Below are positions 51,697 to 63,000 of a DNA stretch of 64,000 nt, in pieces. The translations under genes were made by a program, and so were the position numbers. Position 1 is the stretch's first letter. Every line of letters begins with the position of its first letter. The notes below the pieces were generated by a model. That model did no database searches. It was not told the origin of the DNA and worked only from the letters and a program-made list of their open reading frames with translations. The stretch is from Candidatus Freyarchaeum deiterrae (GTDB lineage: Archaea; Asgardarchaeota; Jordiarchaeia; Jordiarchaeales; Jordiarchaeaceae): assembly GCA_037305845.1 (NCBI GenBank), contig CP147778.1:416001-480000 (forward strand), written 5' to 3'.

Positions 51697-52548
51697 TTAT
51701 TTTATTGCGTTTCTGAGGTCTTGCAGTGCCTGCTTTAGTGTTTTGTTTTTCAGGGCTTGGAAGCCTCCTACTGTTTTGTGGCCTCCTGATGTGTAGCCTT
51801 GTTTTGTTAGGTGTTGGTAGATTTTTGTGAGGTCTATATTTTCGTTTGTAGCTATAGTTCCGCTTTTTACTCTTTGTTCATTCATCCCTATGGCAATCAC
51901 TATGGGTGTTTTCTCTTCTAGTATGAGCATGGCGTCCTTGGAGGCTCCTCTCTCCCAGCGGTCGTTGAACTGAAATGTGAAGTAGACTGATTCGGGGGTT
52001 AATTTTTCGCACTTCTTTAGGAGCTCTTTTGTTTTTTCTTCCACTTTTCGGTATTCTGTTTGTCGTTTTTCTGCCCATTGTTGGAGCTGTTTCCAGTCTC
52101 CTTTTTTGACCATTTCTGCGACCTGTGGACGTGGGAAGCCTTGGGCGTCTACTCGGTATGCTTTCCAGAGTGTTTGGCTGAGTTTCGATTTTAGGGTTGC
52201 TGTGTCAACTTCCTCCATGGCGGTTCTCCATTTTTTGGGGAATTCCAGCTGCCAGTGGTCCGCGATGAGTGAGCAGACAGCCTTGTATTCTGGTTCCAGT
52301 ATCCACTGGTTGCCCTGCTCATCCATGCCTTGTCTTGGTTGGGTTCCGTGGTGGTCGATTATCAGGGAGTTTCGCAGGCTCGTTACGCGCTCTGGTGTGA
52401 TCTCTATGGAGACAGCGTTTTCAATGGTTAAATCTAGTAGTTCCAGGGGGAATTCTAGGGGCAAGTCGTGAATTCGTGAGAAGAGTCCTGCACCTACCAC
52501 TCCATCCCAGTCACCGTGGGCTACTATTCTTAATATTTTGGGCTTCAT
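51697..52548 (-). CDS. DHH-family phosphoesterase (DHH/DHHA1)
   Basis: HGDWDG, IIDHH, C-terminal SGGH. Confidence 0.8.
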   Translation of the reverse strand: MKPKILRIVAHGDWDGVVGAGLFSRIHDLPLEFPLELLDLTIENAVSIEITPERVTSLRNSLIIDHHGTQPRQGMDEQGNQWILEPEYKAVCSLIADHWQLEFPKKWRTAMEEVDTATLKSKLSQTLWKAYRVDAQGFPRPQVAEMVKKGDWKQLQQWAEKRQTEYRKVEEKTKELLKKCEKLTPESVYFTFQFNDRWERGASKDAMLILEEKTPIVIAIGMNEQRVKSGTIATNENIDLTKIYQHLTKQGYTSGGHKTVGGFQALKNKTLKQALQDLRNAIK

Positions 52549-52642
52549 CTTTATGCAGTCCTGTTTTGTTCAAGTTATTCATGTTTTTTATTTGAAACAT
52601 TAGTAGAGATTATTTTATGTTGTTTAACCCTTTGTGTGATTG

Positions 52643-54733
52643 TTATGTGAACTTTTGGTTCTGTATCGTTTGATGGAGTTCTTCTATTGTTTTTTCCGGA
52701 TTTTCTATTTTTATTGCTTTGGCTAGTGATAAGTCGAGGTTGTGTCTATACTCTTCGTTTAGTTGATTCCATAATGGAGGTAAGCGTTTGTCTAGTATGC
52801 TGTTGAAGTTTTGGCATGTTGTTGATATGCTTTTCTCATCGATTGCATTTATGTTGATTAAGGGTAGTTCAAGGTAATCGTTTTCTAGGAATCTTGTCCA
52901 TGTCTCAGAGATTTTTCTGCCCAGTAATGCTAATATCGAAATGAAAAGAGTGGAGTTGAACCATGCGATCAGTAGTTTTGTTGTTGTTTCGTTTTGGTCT
53001 TTGATTATGTAGAAGTTTTTGGACGCGGCTACCTTCTCTTTGGTGTAGTTTGCAAAAACGCCTCTTCTCCTGAACGTGAGGTCTACCTTGTCTGGTATGA
53101 ATACTTGTCCGAATGGTTTTTTTGTCCTCATTTGTTTATGTACGTGGCTGTACCAGTGTTTTCCATAAGAGTTTATGGCGGGCTTAGCTGTGTTGGAATC
53201 GATTCCCCATTTGATGTAATCTTGTAAATCTACGGGCAAATTTTTGATTTCCATTGGTGGAATTGAGAGCATGTAGCTGTCTACCTTCGCTTCGATTGTA
53301 TTGCTGTAAAGACTGGGTTTGCGTAGAGTTCTTATGAGGAATTCTTTGTTTAAAGCCAGTCTGGTCTTACTTTCAGAATTTTCTATTTCCACGGATCCTT
53401 CATTTTCTTTAACGATGTGCCAATACTTGTTGGGAACGAAAAAGAATTCCGGTCCATACATTTCGACTCCCCTAACGATGCTTTCCCTACCCAACACAAG
53501 GTCCCAGTAGCCTAGTGTGCCGATTTTTAGTCCATGCTTAAACACTTTAACAACAATATCCCTAAGCCTACTCTTCCCGAGAAGAGCTAACCAGTTGATG
53601 TCTAGAAATCGAGGTAAATCATTAATGTTGAATGAGTTTACATTCCTCAGTTTTTGTTTATCAGTAACCAATTTGGCTATTTGCTCAGCATCGTTATTTA
53701 GTTCAGCGAACACGGTTAGCCTGTCTCTGCCAGCTCTCTTAACCGCTGCAACGATGACCTCTTTGAATCCGCTGTCCTCGGAGAATGATGGCCTGGATTC
53801 TAGTTCTATCATTGTGAGGATATCATAAGTTTTTTTTAGAAGAGATTTGTAACCCCTACCATATATCGTGTAAAATGTAGATGCAGGAAGGACGGAAACT
53901 ATTAGCCCGTTGTCGCTCAGCAAGTGGTCTACCAAGAACATGGACAGTGTCTGAAGGCTATTCTCCCTTCGGGTAATATACTCTTTATAACCCAATTCGC
54001 TTATGAGTCTGAGTAAATATTCTCGATAATTTTTTTCCAGATATTTCCATCTGGTGAATGGTGGATTTGTTAAAATGACATCCGCTTTGGGCAGTTCAGT
54101 CCTAGTATTTTGGGGTGAGGCTCGTGGTATTTCTTTAAATGCATCCCCTGTAATTACCGTAATGATGTCTTTTCTTCCATTCACTGCGTGTAATAGTGAA
54201 GCGTATGCTACCAAGGCAGGTAATGTTAGTGGCTCGATGCCCCAGACCTTTTGAATTTTTTCAGTTCCAATTTTTTGAATTGCAGCCGTCAGGGTACGTG
54301 CTGATCCAAGAAACGGGTCGGCAAGTACTATCTTCTGCTTTACTGATGTTTTCAAAAATTCGTAAACCATGGACTCCATAAATTGGATGCCTTGGTCTAT
54401 GGTGTAATAGGCGGCTAATTTTTTTCTTTCATCTTTAGGAATTAACTTTTGTACTTTAGCTTGAAACTCAATTATTGGAGTTTGCTCTTTTATTAACTCT
54501 GATTCAATAAATCTAGTTTCATCTAGACTCAGTTTCCTTAGGTTGGATAATACTGGAGCGTTCCAGGTTTTTAGGGTCTCTAGGTCTTCATCCTTGCCGT
54601 ATTGTAATATGGTGTTTAGGCTGGCGATGAAGATTTGAAAACTTTCAGAAATATTGGGTTCTAATCCCAACTTTTCTAATATTCTATTTTGTTTCATATC
54701 CATTTTCATGGGATTATCACTGTTCCCTCGCAT
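52643..54733 (-). CDS. Amino (N6-adenine type) DNA methyltransferase with C-terminal target-recognition region
   Basis: AYYT (motif X), DPFLGSA (motif I variant), ILTNPPF (motif IV), VLP; gamma-class motif order. Confidence 0.85.
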   Translation of the reverse strand: MRGNSDNPMKMDMKQNRILEKLGLEPNISESFQIFIASLNTILQYGKDEDLETLKTWNAPVLSNLRKLSLDETRFIESELIKEQTPIIEFQAKVQKLIPKDERKKLAAYYTIDQGIQFMESMVYEFLKTSVKQKIVLADPFLGSARTLTAAIQKIGTEKIQKVWGIEPLTLPALVAYASLLHAVNGRKDIITVITGDAFKEIPRASPQNTRTELPKADVILTNPPFTRWKYLEKNYREYLLRLISELGYKEYITRRENSLQTLSMFLVDHLLSDNGLIVSVLPASTFYTIYGRGYKSLLKKTYDILTMIELESRPSFSEDSGFKEVIVAAVKRAGRDRLTVFAELNNDAEQIAKLVTDKQKLRNVNSFNINDLPRFLDINWLALLGKSRLRDIVVKVFKHGLKIGTLGYWDLVLGRESIVRGVEMYGPEFFFVPNKYWHIVKENEGSVEIENSESKTRLALNKEFLIRTLRKPSLYSNTIEAKVDSYMLSIPPMEIKNLPVDLQDYIKWGIDSNTAKPAINSYGKHWYSHVHKQMRTKKPFGQVFIPDKVDLTFRRRGVFANYTKEKVAASKNFYIIKDQNETTTKLLIAWFNSTLFISILALLGRKISETWTRFLENDYLELPLININAIDEKSISTTCQNFNSILDKRLPPLWNQLNEEYRHNLDLSLAKAIKIENPEKTIEELHQTIQNQKFT

Positions 54734-54833
54734 ACTTGGACATCAGTCACCTTTCTCTAGAGATTGTGTATTTTTCTACAATCTTTATAAATTGTCACAT
54801 CTGATAAGGATTTTCGGAACTGTTTAAGGGAGG

Positions 54834-55619
54834 CTACTCTCCCTTAAAGGCTGGTTTGCGTTTCTCTACGAATGCTTGTATGCCCTCTTTTCCCTCGGGA
54901 TGCGCTGCACAGTTGCTAAGTCCTTCCCGTTCTAATTCTAACTGTTTTTCGAATGGTGTGTCGAACGAGTCTGTGAGGAGTCGCTTCGATACTCCGAAGG
55001 AGTTGATTGAGCCATTTGCTAATTCGTGAGCCATTTTTGTGGCTTCCTCCAGTGTGCGTCCATCGTCTACAACTTTCGTTACCAGTCCCCATGTTAATGC
55101 TTGTTCGGATGAGATTGGCTTGTCAAACGCAACGATTTCAAGGGCTCGGGCTAAACCCACGAGTCTTGGAAGAGTGAACGTGCCCCCGCCGTCAACAGAT
55201 AGACCAGACGAGGAGTACGCTTGTCTCAGGATCGCGGAACGAGCCATCACCCTAAAGTCGCAGGCTAAAGCAAGTGAGAATCCGCCACCAGCCGCCACCC
55301 CGTTAATCGCAGCTATCACCGGCTTCTTCATCCGGCGAATCTCCAGTATGGATTGGTGATATCGGGCAGTAAGTTCGTAAAAGCCTGCGGGAGTCCCCTG
55401 TGGATAATCCAAAAACCACTTCAAATCGCCACCTGCACAGAAACCTTTCCCTTCACCGGATATCACTACTCCCCGTACCTCGTCATCTGCGGCGAGAGAG
55501 ATTAGTTGGTTTGCAAATTGTCCAATCATGTCGAGGTCAAATGAGTTTAATTTTTCTGGGCGGTTTAATAATACTACCGCTATATCATCCTCTCTTCTAA
55601 CTTTAACAGTTGCGACCAA
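54834..55619 (-). CDS. Enoyl-CoA hydratase/isomerase (PaaG-like)
   Basis: LNRPEKLN, FCAGGDL, GVAAGGGFSLALACD, GLSVDGG (Asp-type catalytic residue). Confidence 0.9.
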   Translation of the reverse strand: MVATVKVRREDDIAVVLLNRPEKLNSFDLDMIGQFANQLISLAADDEVRGVVISGEGKGFCAGGDLKWFLDYPQGTPAGFYELTARYHQSILEIRRMKKPVIAAINGVAAGGGFSLALACDFRVMARSAILRQAYSSSGLSVDGGGTFTLPRLVGLARALEIVAFDKPISSEQALTWGLVTKVVDDGRTLEEATKMAHELANGSINSFGVSKRLLTDSFDTPFEKQLELEREGLSNCAAHPEGKEGIQAFVEKRKPAFKGE

Positions 55620-55712
55620 AGTTCCTTACCTCCAAATGTTGAACAGAATTTTAAATAACGTTTAGACTAACTACTATGTTCGCAATTTTAATGGTTACGC
55701 ATTTTGCTCAAG

Positions 55713-57368
55713 CTAGGTTTGCTCTCTTTCTACGCCTTCGAAGAAAACTGGCCAGAAGGGGTCTTGCTCGGGTATTTCTAATGGGATAGTGCTTCCGTTG
55801 AGCCGTTTTATTATTTTTGTTCTTGGGTCGTCTGTGACTTTTCCTATTATGGATGCGTTTATGTTTGCTTTTTTTAGCCTGCGAATTATTTCTTTTGAAT
55901 GGGTTGTCTTTGCGGTGATAAGAAGTGAGCCTTCTGCGATTGCTGCTATAGGGTCTATTTTGAAAGCTTCACACACCATCTTTACCTCTTCAGGGTATAT
56001 GAAGGAAGCTTCGTCAATCTTCATGCCTCTTCCGCTGGCATTCGCTATTTCGAATAGTCCTCCTATTACGCCGCCCTCTGTTGCGTCGTGCATTGCGGTG
56101 ACGCCGCCGGCCTCCATTGCGGTTAGAGAGTCTTTCACCACGGTCATCTGTTTACATAGAGCTTTTGCTTTTTCAACGAGTGATTTGGAATAATTTTCAA
56201 GCAATTCTTCCTCCCGTAGAACAGAGAGTATTCCCGCGGTCTCTATTGCAGGTCCCTTCGTCAGAATGACATCGTCTTCTGGTTTTGCGCCGGCGGGTGT
56301 GACATAACTATTTTTATCAGTAATCGCAAACACTGTTATTCCTCCTATTGTGGGAGAAGCGAATCCCGGATAGTACCCGGTGTGTCCACCCACTATTGCT
56401 ATTTCGAGTTCGACCGCGGTATTATGAACAGAGTCTACTATGGTCTTAAAGTCCTCTTGGCTGGTCGTGGGAGGCATTAGAAGCGTGTACAGCATGTATC
56501 TGGGTTTCACACCCATTACGGCGACATCGCTCGCCCCTATGTGAACCGTGTACCAGCCGAACATTTCAAGCGGCTGTTTGGGGATGGAAAAAATAGGGTC
56601 TTCCGCAATAACGAGCACTCTCTCTTTGTCTAGCTCGATAACTGCTGAATCAACACCTGTTAAGGGAGGTACAATAACGGTTTCGTCTTTATTGCCTAGG
56701 CGTTTCAGAAGGAAGTTTGTGAAAATCTCGAGGTCTATCTTACCCACTTTGGGACTGGGTTGAACACTTTTAGCATACAGCCTAGCGATTTCGCATATCT
56801 TTTTTGCAACCTCAATCGGGTCTTTTCCTACGAGCACTGTAAGATCTTCTTTGCCTACAGCACCTGCCTCGTAGAAAACATCTGGAACCCTGCCTCCTGC
56901 TGCTCTTATAGCCTCTTTTACCTTCCAAGGCATCGACGCCCCCTCTATTTCCTTAATCTTTTCCGGCTCTTTGGTGCGGTCAATTACACTGAACACTAGT
57001 CCCTTTTTTTCGCAGTAATCCTCCAACCATTTTATGAGATTGGGATTACACGCGAAGTTTATGCCGGCTCTTATTGAGGGGTCGACCTTGTTTATTTCTA
57101 TGATGAGTCTAGCCATATGGCTCGACGCCCCTAACTTGGGTTTTCCTGCAGCGTGGGGCATACCGTTTATAACAGTTATGCGTCCCTCGATTGCCAGAAC
57201 ATCTTCTGGTCTTTGGGGATTTGGTTTTGCATATACGAGGTTTGTTCGCACTTCAGGAATTAGTGCCGCAAATTCTTTGCATCCCTCAATGTGGTCCAGT
57301 GCCACAAATATTTTCCCATAAATTTCTACTTCTGTTTCCGTTGGTTCGTCACGCTTCATTTTTACCAA
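55713..57368 (-). CDS. ThiN (thiamine-phosphate synthase) domain fused to an AIR-synthase-like (PurM/HypE/ThiL fold) domain
   Basis: LIPEVRTNLVYA..GRI..GASSHMAR..N..MPW..PDV..GAVGKE; then VGKI..GVD..EDP..SDVAVMG..VGGHT..AMHDATEGG. Confidence 0.88.
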   Translation of the reverse strand: MVKMKRDEPTETEVEIYGKIFVALDHIEGCKEFAALIPEVRTNLVYAKPNPQRPEDVLAIEGRITVINGMPHAAGKPKLGASSHMARLIIEINKVDPSIRAGINFACNPNLIKWLEDYCEKKGLVFSVIDRTKEPEKIKEIEGASMPWKVKEAIRAAGGRVPDVFYEAGAVGKEDLTVLVGKDPIEVAKKICEIARLYAKSVQPSPKVGKIDLEIFTNFLLKRLGNKDETVIVPPLTGVDSAVIELDKERVLVIAEDPIFSIPKQPLEMFGWYTVHIGASDVAVMGVKPRYMLYTLLMPPTTSQEDFKTIVDSVHNTAVELEIAIVGGHTGYYPGFASPTIGGITVFAITDKNSYVTPAGAKPEDDVILTKGPAIETAGILSVLREEELLENYSKSLVEKAKALCKQMTVVKDSLTAMEAGGVTAMHDATEGGVIGGLFEIANASGRGMKIDEASFIYPEEVKMVCEAFKIDPIAAIAEGSLLITAKTTHSKEIIRRLKKANINASIIGKVTDDPRTKIIKRLNGSTIPLEIPEQDPFWPVFFEGVEREQT

Positions 57369-57585
57369 TCCTCTTTCCTCTTTCTTATGGAAGTGTCACT
57401 CAATTTTATTTATTTGAAATTAGCATTTTATTCTATTATTGTAAGATACATGAATTCCCATCGCTGTAATGCAGATGAGTGTGGTCGGAGTTTCAAATAA
57501 AAGGATTTCTAACATTTAACTTTATTGCTAGTATGGGGGAACTCTGTAGAATACCAAAATATCGTTAATATGGCAAATAAATGTG

Positions 57586-58302
57586 TTACTCATATTTTTG
57601 TTCCATTTGTTTACCGGGTAACCTTTTTTGAATCGCTTCGCTGGTCAATTCTCGGAGTGCATCTGTTGCTACCCACTTGGCACTTTTTGAATCCAGTTTT
57701 TGTATCTCTTTGGCTGTTTCTGTGGCTTTCTTGTTCAAATCGGGGTTTCGTTTTCCGATCTGTCTCAGTGCCCAATTAACCGCTTTTTTGATGTAGGTTC
57801 TACTGTCGGCAGCTTCCCTCCTTATGATGGGTAGAAATCTCTCAAACTGTTCGTCGCTAGCTTTCTTATCACTAACCGCTAAGCAAGCAATTAGTACAAA
57901 TCCTGCTCTTTTGACAAATTCTTCTTCGTTTGAACTCCATTCAACTGCTTTTTGGTAGGCGTACTTGGTCCACCTAAAGAGTTTCATAATGCACTGGTCG
58001 CATATTTCCCAGTAGTCAAACTCCTTCACCCAAGAGTCCATCTGCTCCTCCGTCACCATTTCGGGATCGTCAATCATAGAGGCGAGTATCCGAGTTTCAC
58101 GGGTATTAGATGCCCACAGCTGTTGAGCGAGAAGGTGGTTCTTTCCTGTTTCTTTGGCAATCTTTCTCAGGTCTGGTATCGACACGCCATAAGTTCTCTC
58201 CGGAGTTATCCCAAACATTGCCATACCCTTAACCGCTTCAGGATTTGACAAGGTTTCCAGTCGTTTAAGAATATCACTGTATTGCATTCTCTTAACCTGC
58301 AT
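57586..58302 (-). CDS. AlkD-like DNA alkylation repair protein
   Basis: GVSIPDLRKIAK, LW..RE.RILA, W..CD, EEFVKRAG, KKAVNWALRQIGK. Confidence 0.9.
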   Translation of the reverse strand: MQVKRMQYSDILKRLETLSNPEAVKGMAMFGITPERTYGVSIPDLRKIAKETGKNHLLAQQLWASNTRETRILASMIDDPEMVTEEQMDSWVKEFDYWEICDQCIMKLFRWTKYAYQKAVEWSSNEEEFVKRAGFVLIACLAVSDKKASDEQFERFLPIIRREAADSRTYIKKAVNWALRQIGKRNPDLNKKATETAKEIQKLDSKSAKWVATDALRELTSEAIQKRLPGKQMEQKYE

Positions 58303-58694
58303 AATGTTTACTTGTGCTTCCGCTTAACGATTTCGGCGTAATAGGTGCTGCTGAATTTCGCACTCTAGAAATCTCTAGCCTAAAGGTAATTTACATCCAT
58401 TTATTTAAGTCACGAAAAGCTTATGTGAGAGCGGAGTTTAAAAGGGATACAAGGATAACAGCTCTCTTGAAACCGTTTTTAACTGTAAGGGATTTGCGAA
58501 GAGAACATGTTAATTCAAGTGAGGAATAAATTAGATGCTAAAACAGGAAACGAAGATGCAAAGTTTAGTAATCTGTGATAATTAAAACTGCGCGCTTCAA
58601 TGTGTTTTTGAGAGCTTAAATTTATCCGAATGTCTATCGTAGATTCGCAAATATGCTAAATGTTATGGGCTGTGCCAATGTGGGGTGAAACGTA

Positions 58695-59774
58695 ATGCCC
58701 GGTCTCAAATTTTCTAGATCAGATAGGAAATCTTCAAAAATGGTTGGTCTTCCTCCTGGAACACTTGTTCATGTTGGAGAGAAGAGAACTGCCAAGGTGA
58801 AAATTACACTTATTGATTATGATGTGAATCATGTTGTGGAAAAGGAGGTAAAATCGATCGATGAGTGTTTTCCCTTCAAAGATACACATACTGTGACATG
58901 GATAAACATAGACGGTATTCACCGAGCGGATATCGTTGAACAAATTGGAAAATGCTTTGACATACACCCTCTCTTACTAGAGGACATAATGAATACCGAG
59001 CAACGCCCAAAAATAGAGGATTTCGGGAATTATCTCTTTATCGTTTTAAAAATGATTTACCCCGACACAAAGGGGACGGGAATAACGACAGAACAGGTAA
59101 GTTTGATTATTCATTCAAATTATGTCATCACATTCCAGGAGCGTCCAGGTGATGTTTTTGAGCCCATCAGAGAAAGAATTAGAAGTGGGAAAGGCCGTAT
59201 CCGAAAGATGGGATCTGATTATCTCGCTTACGCTTTAATTGACGCCATTGTTGATACCTATTTCATAATCTCGGAAAAATTTGGAGAGCGAATAGCAGAC
59301 CTAGACGAGGAGCTGGTAACAAAACCTACCATAGAAACCGTACGGGGTATCCACAAATTAAAGAGAGAGCTGCTATATTTACGCAAAGCGGTTTGGCCCC
59401 TAAGGGAAGTTATCGATATCATGGAAAAAGGAGAATCTTCACTAGTTAAGAAAACAACGATTATATATCTCAGAGACGTTTACGACCACACCATTCAGAT
59501 TATGGATACGATAGAGATATTTCGAGACATGCTTTCCGAAATGGTTGACGCTTATCTTTCAAGCATCAACAACAGAATGAACGAAATCATGAAAGTCTTA
59601 ACGGTCATCGCTACAATATTCATTCCACTGACTTTCATAGCGAGTATTTACGGCATGAACTTTAGCTGGATGCCCGAACTTCAATGGCCTGAGGGTTACC
59701 ATATAGTTTTGATCGCAATGGCTGTTCTCGGGGGTTTAATGCTGATTTATTTCAGGAGAAAAAAATGGATTTAA
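58695..59774 (+). CDS. corA: Magnesium/cobalt transporter CorA
   Basis: GLPPGTL, HPLLLEDI..QRPK, YLRDVYDH, YGMNF..MPEL.W, FRRKKW. Confidence 0.96.
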   Translation: MPGLKFSRSDRKSSKMVGLPPGTLVHVGEKRTAKVKITLIDYDVNHVVEKEVKSIDECFPFKDTHTVTWINIDGIHRADIVEQIGKCFDIHPLLLEDIMNTEQRPKIEDFGNYLFIVLKMIYPDTKGTGITTEQVSLIIHSNYVITFQERPGDVFEPIRERIRSGKGRIRKMGSDYLAYALIDAIVDTYFIISEKFGERIADLDEELVTKPTIETVRGIHKLKRELLYLRKAVWPLREVIDIMEKGESSLVKKTTIIYLRDVYDHTIQIMDTIEIFRDMLSEMVDAYLSSINNRMNEIMKVLTVIATIFIPLTFIASIYGMNFSWMPELQWPEGYHIVLIAMAVLGGLMLIYFRRKKWI

Positions 59775-59805
59775 AAGAGCTTATCCCTGTCAACTTCGTA
59801 ATGAA

Positions 59806-59838
59806 GGTAACCACAGCTTGTACCCTGTGGTTTTTACC
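59806..59838 (+). terminator. Stem-loop downstream of corA
   Basis: GGTAA-CCACAG..CTGTGG-TTT-TTACC followed by a pyrimidine tract. Confidence 0.35.
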
Positions 59839-60055
59839 CTTTCCCTTAAGTGATTTTTATGCGAATTTGGGACATATCACCTGAAAAATTGTGTGGTAAT
59901 CATCTGTTGGGCGAGCACAGGTATAAAAATACGAAAAATTCTGTTCTCTTTATCCAAATTTTTTGCCAGAGCATTTCAGTATAGTTATATTAAAAAAAAG
60001 AAAGAGATATTTTTGTTGAAGCCCTTTGCTCAATTCTGGCTGATTTTCGGCTTTA

Positions 60056-63000
60056 CTAATCTTCTGGTTCGTCATCCTCTTTAGATTCTTCTTCCTCTGT
60101 TCCTTTCGCTTTCCTAGTTTTTCCTTTTGATTCTTCCTCTGTTGATTCTTCTTCGGATTCTTTAGCTTCTTCCTCTGCTGGTTCTTCTTCGGTAGGTTCT
60201 TTTACTCTTGGTCTGCGGATTGGTACCTGTTTTTCTTCGTATTCTTCGATGGTTTGGAGTATTATCGCGCTTGTTTCTCCTGGGATGCCTACTGATTCTA
60301 GGAGTTTTTCTCTCTCTGCGGGGGCTGCGGTTTTAAGTTCTAGAGCCATTGCGTACGCTTCTTTCTGCTTCATTTTTGATTCTACTAGAAGTGGCACTAT
60401 GAGGTCTGCTAGTTCCACTGGTATATATTTCTCCACTCTGGGTTCAACAGCTATAATAGCTAGCTCTTCGCGTAGTATGTCTGCGATAACTTTCTCTCTG
60501 GGTACGAGTTTAACAGTTACTTTTTCTCCGCGGCTGATTGCTCGTATTAGTTCGTCGATTCTCTTTATGATGGCGGGTATCCTAGCTCTCTGGAGGAATG
60601 TGTATCCCATGAACAAAGAGGTGGGTATTGCTATGGCTGCTAATGTTATTAGGAATGTGGATACTGGAACTCTGGTTGGGCCTATCGCAATCGCCCTCTC
60701 CTTAATTGTAACAACAAATGACATCTGCTGAGATTGGTAGTTTGGAGCCGAGATCACTATGTTTATCGGTAGCGAGGTGGGTGACAGTCCTTGGGTGGGC
60801 ACAAGAACCATGTAACTACCAGCACCCAGTTGTAGAGCATGAACTTGTGATACGCCTAAGCCTTCCGCGCTACTTCGCGCGCCGAGAACCGGTAATCCAC
60901 CTGTAACCGTTACAGTCGCGTTGGGCACTGCATTCCCGTTAGCATCCAAGTATGTGAACGAGAGAGGGGCTACTGGCCATGAGTTTTCAACTTGAACTAA
61001 TGGGCCTGCGAAAAGAAACTCTGAAGATCCAAATAGCTCGGGGATCAGAAGCGCGGTTCCAATACTAGTTTGAGCTCCCGACACTTCAAGGCTTAAGGAT
61101 GTAAAGTTGCTGATGTAGTTTTGCTTTGACGCCGCAATAATTAAAACGTAGAAACCGGAGCTTAAAGTCCCATTTGCTAATTGACCAGAGTAGGTACCAT
61201 TGTTATTATCAGTCAAGGTTCCATTGATATATGTGCCCTGTACAATCCAAGACACATTAGCTCCTGTGATAGAGGTATTATCTGTTTGGCGAACAAGTAC
61301 GACGTAGAATGGTATATTCTGATTCCAGGACCCTTGAATTTTGTTAGATGGGGCTAAGATAATTTCTGAGGCTAAGTTAATTGTCACTGGAATGAAGTAA
61401 TCATTTATGGCGTAGTTTTGCAGAGAAGATACTATCTTAATGGTGAAGTTTCCAGTAGTTAGATTACCAAAAACGCTTCCATTAATCTGATATGTTCCCT
61501 TTGCTCCCGTAGGCGGCATAATCTGGTTTACGTAAGAAGTTCCAGAAATGGTGTAAGTAACGTTGACACCGTCTAAAAATACGTTATTATGTGTGTCGAA
61601 TAGGTGGATAATAACGGTAGTTTCATTCAAAAATTCACTCCAAGTTTTAATAATCGGATTTCCTATACCGTTATCACATATCACAGTAACGTTAATGCTT
61701 TGCACTGACAAAAAGATACTGATAGGTGTCGGATATAGTTGATTCGTGTCATGAGGCTTTGCAGTTATGATAATTGTGTAGCTGGCTCCGCCAACAAGTC
61801 CAACTAGAGTAGTATTGAAGTTTGCATAGTAATTGCCTGAGGGTTGTCCAGTAACGTTGGTCATATTTGCATCGTATACTGAACCACTAGAAGTAGTAAT
61901 ATTGTAATTTACCCAATCAGCGTTGTCTATGCTGCTCCCACCGGTAGCATTGAACCACACGTAGAAGCTTACGTTGTCCGTCCAATATTTATTGATTATA
62001 CTACCTAAGTAAATCAAACTGGTTGGAATCGCAAATATATCACGGTTTAATAAAACCATGAACGCCTTGGGTTCGCTTATGTTTATGGGTTGAGAGACAC
62101 TTGTGTTGGTTCCATAATTATAAACAGTGATTCCTGTCTCCAGTGTTGCATTAGTGTATATTTGTATATTTAAAGTAACGTTTGCCCAAGCGTAGAAAGA
62201 GCAGTTGGCAAAGAATAGGTCAACATTCTGAGAGATGTCTGTTAACGAGGCGTTTACGTAGTTCAGTGTTACGTTTGCAGTCTGAACCCTGTGAGTATTA
62301 TTGTCCCAGACTTCAACATATACTGTGGTTATATTCATTCTAATAGTTATGGTACTGTAGGGAGAACTGAAGTCTACTGGGTTCCAGTGCATCGCGTCAC
62401 TAGTATAGTTTTTGTAAGTATTAGTTATGTTCGCTTGTACCCAGTCCTCATACTGATTAGATGTAGAATTCTGGTTTAGTAATAATAAGCATTGTCCTGT
62501 GGAGTTTGAGACTCCTGTCTTGCTTAAGCTCGTTAATGCCGAATCGTTATACGCGTTTACATTTGCCCTAGGTATAGGGTTGTTGTACCAATCTGTGACA
62601 TTAGCAACTAGGGGGTAGAATTTGTTCTTTTCACTACTATTGTTGGTTTGCGTCGGCTTGTTTACCTGATACCATGTGCCTGTAACTTGGTTGAAGCCTT
62701 GGGTTATACCCGCTATGTAATAAGTGAATGGTATTACTATTGGGTATTCGACACTGCCATATTGTGGATCTCCTGGTCTTCCATCATTTCTGAATAGGAA
62801 GCTCAGCGTGCCCGAGTCTATTGGGAGCGTATCTCCATAGCCGTACTCTAGGCTGGTGCGGTTTCCATGTGTGTCATCTGGCCATAGTGGTGCTCCAAGG
62901 AGAGCCAAACCGAGTCCATCGTTACGCACAAGAGACATGTAGTTAAAGGGTTGTGGGGATGATATTTTATCAGTCCAATGCCAGTTAGTAGCAGCTCCCA

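Noticed and set aside
57445-57545. Minus-strand CTCATCTGCATTACAGCGATGGGAA upstream of the ThiN fusion resembles the P4/P5 arm of a TPP riboswitch
   Set aside because: No CUGAGA motif or P2/P3 arm, the conserved G of the internal loop is missing, and AT-rich promoter-like DNA lies between it and the gene; an Rfam search would settle it
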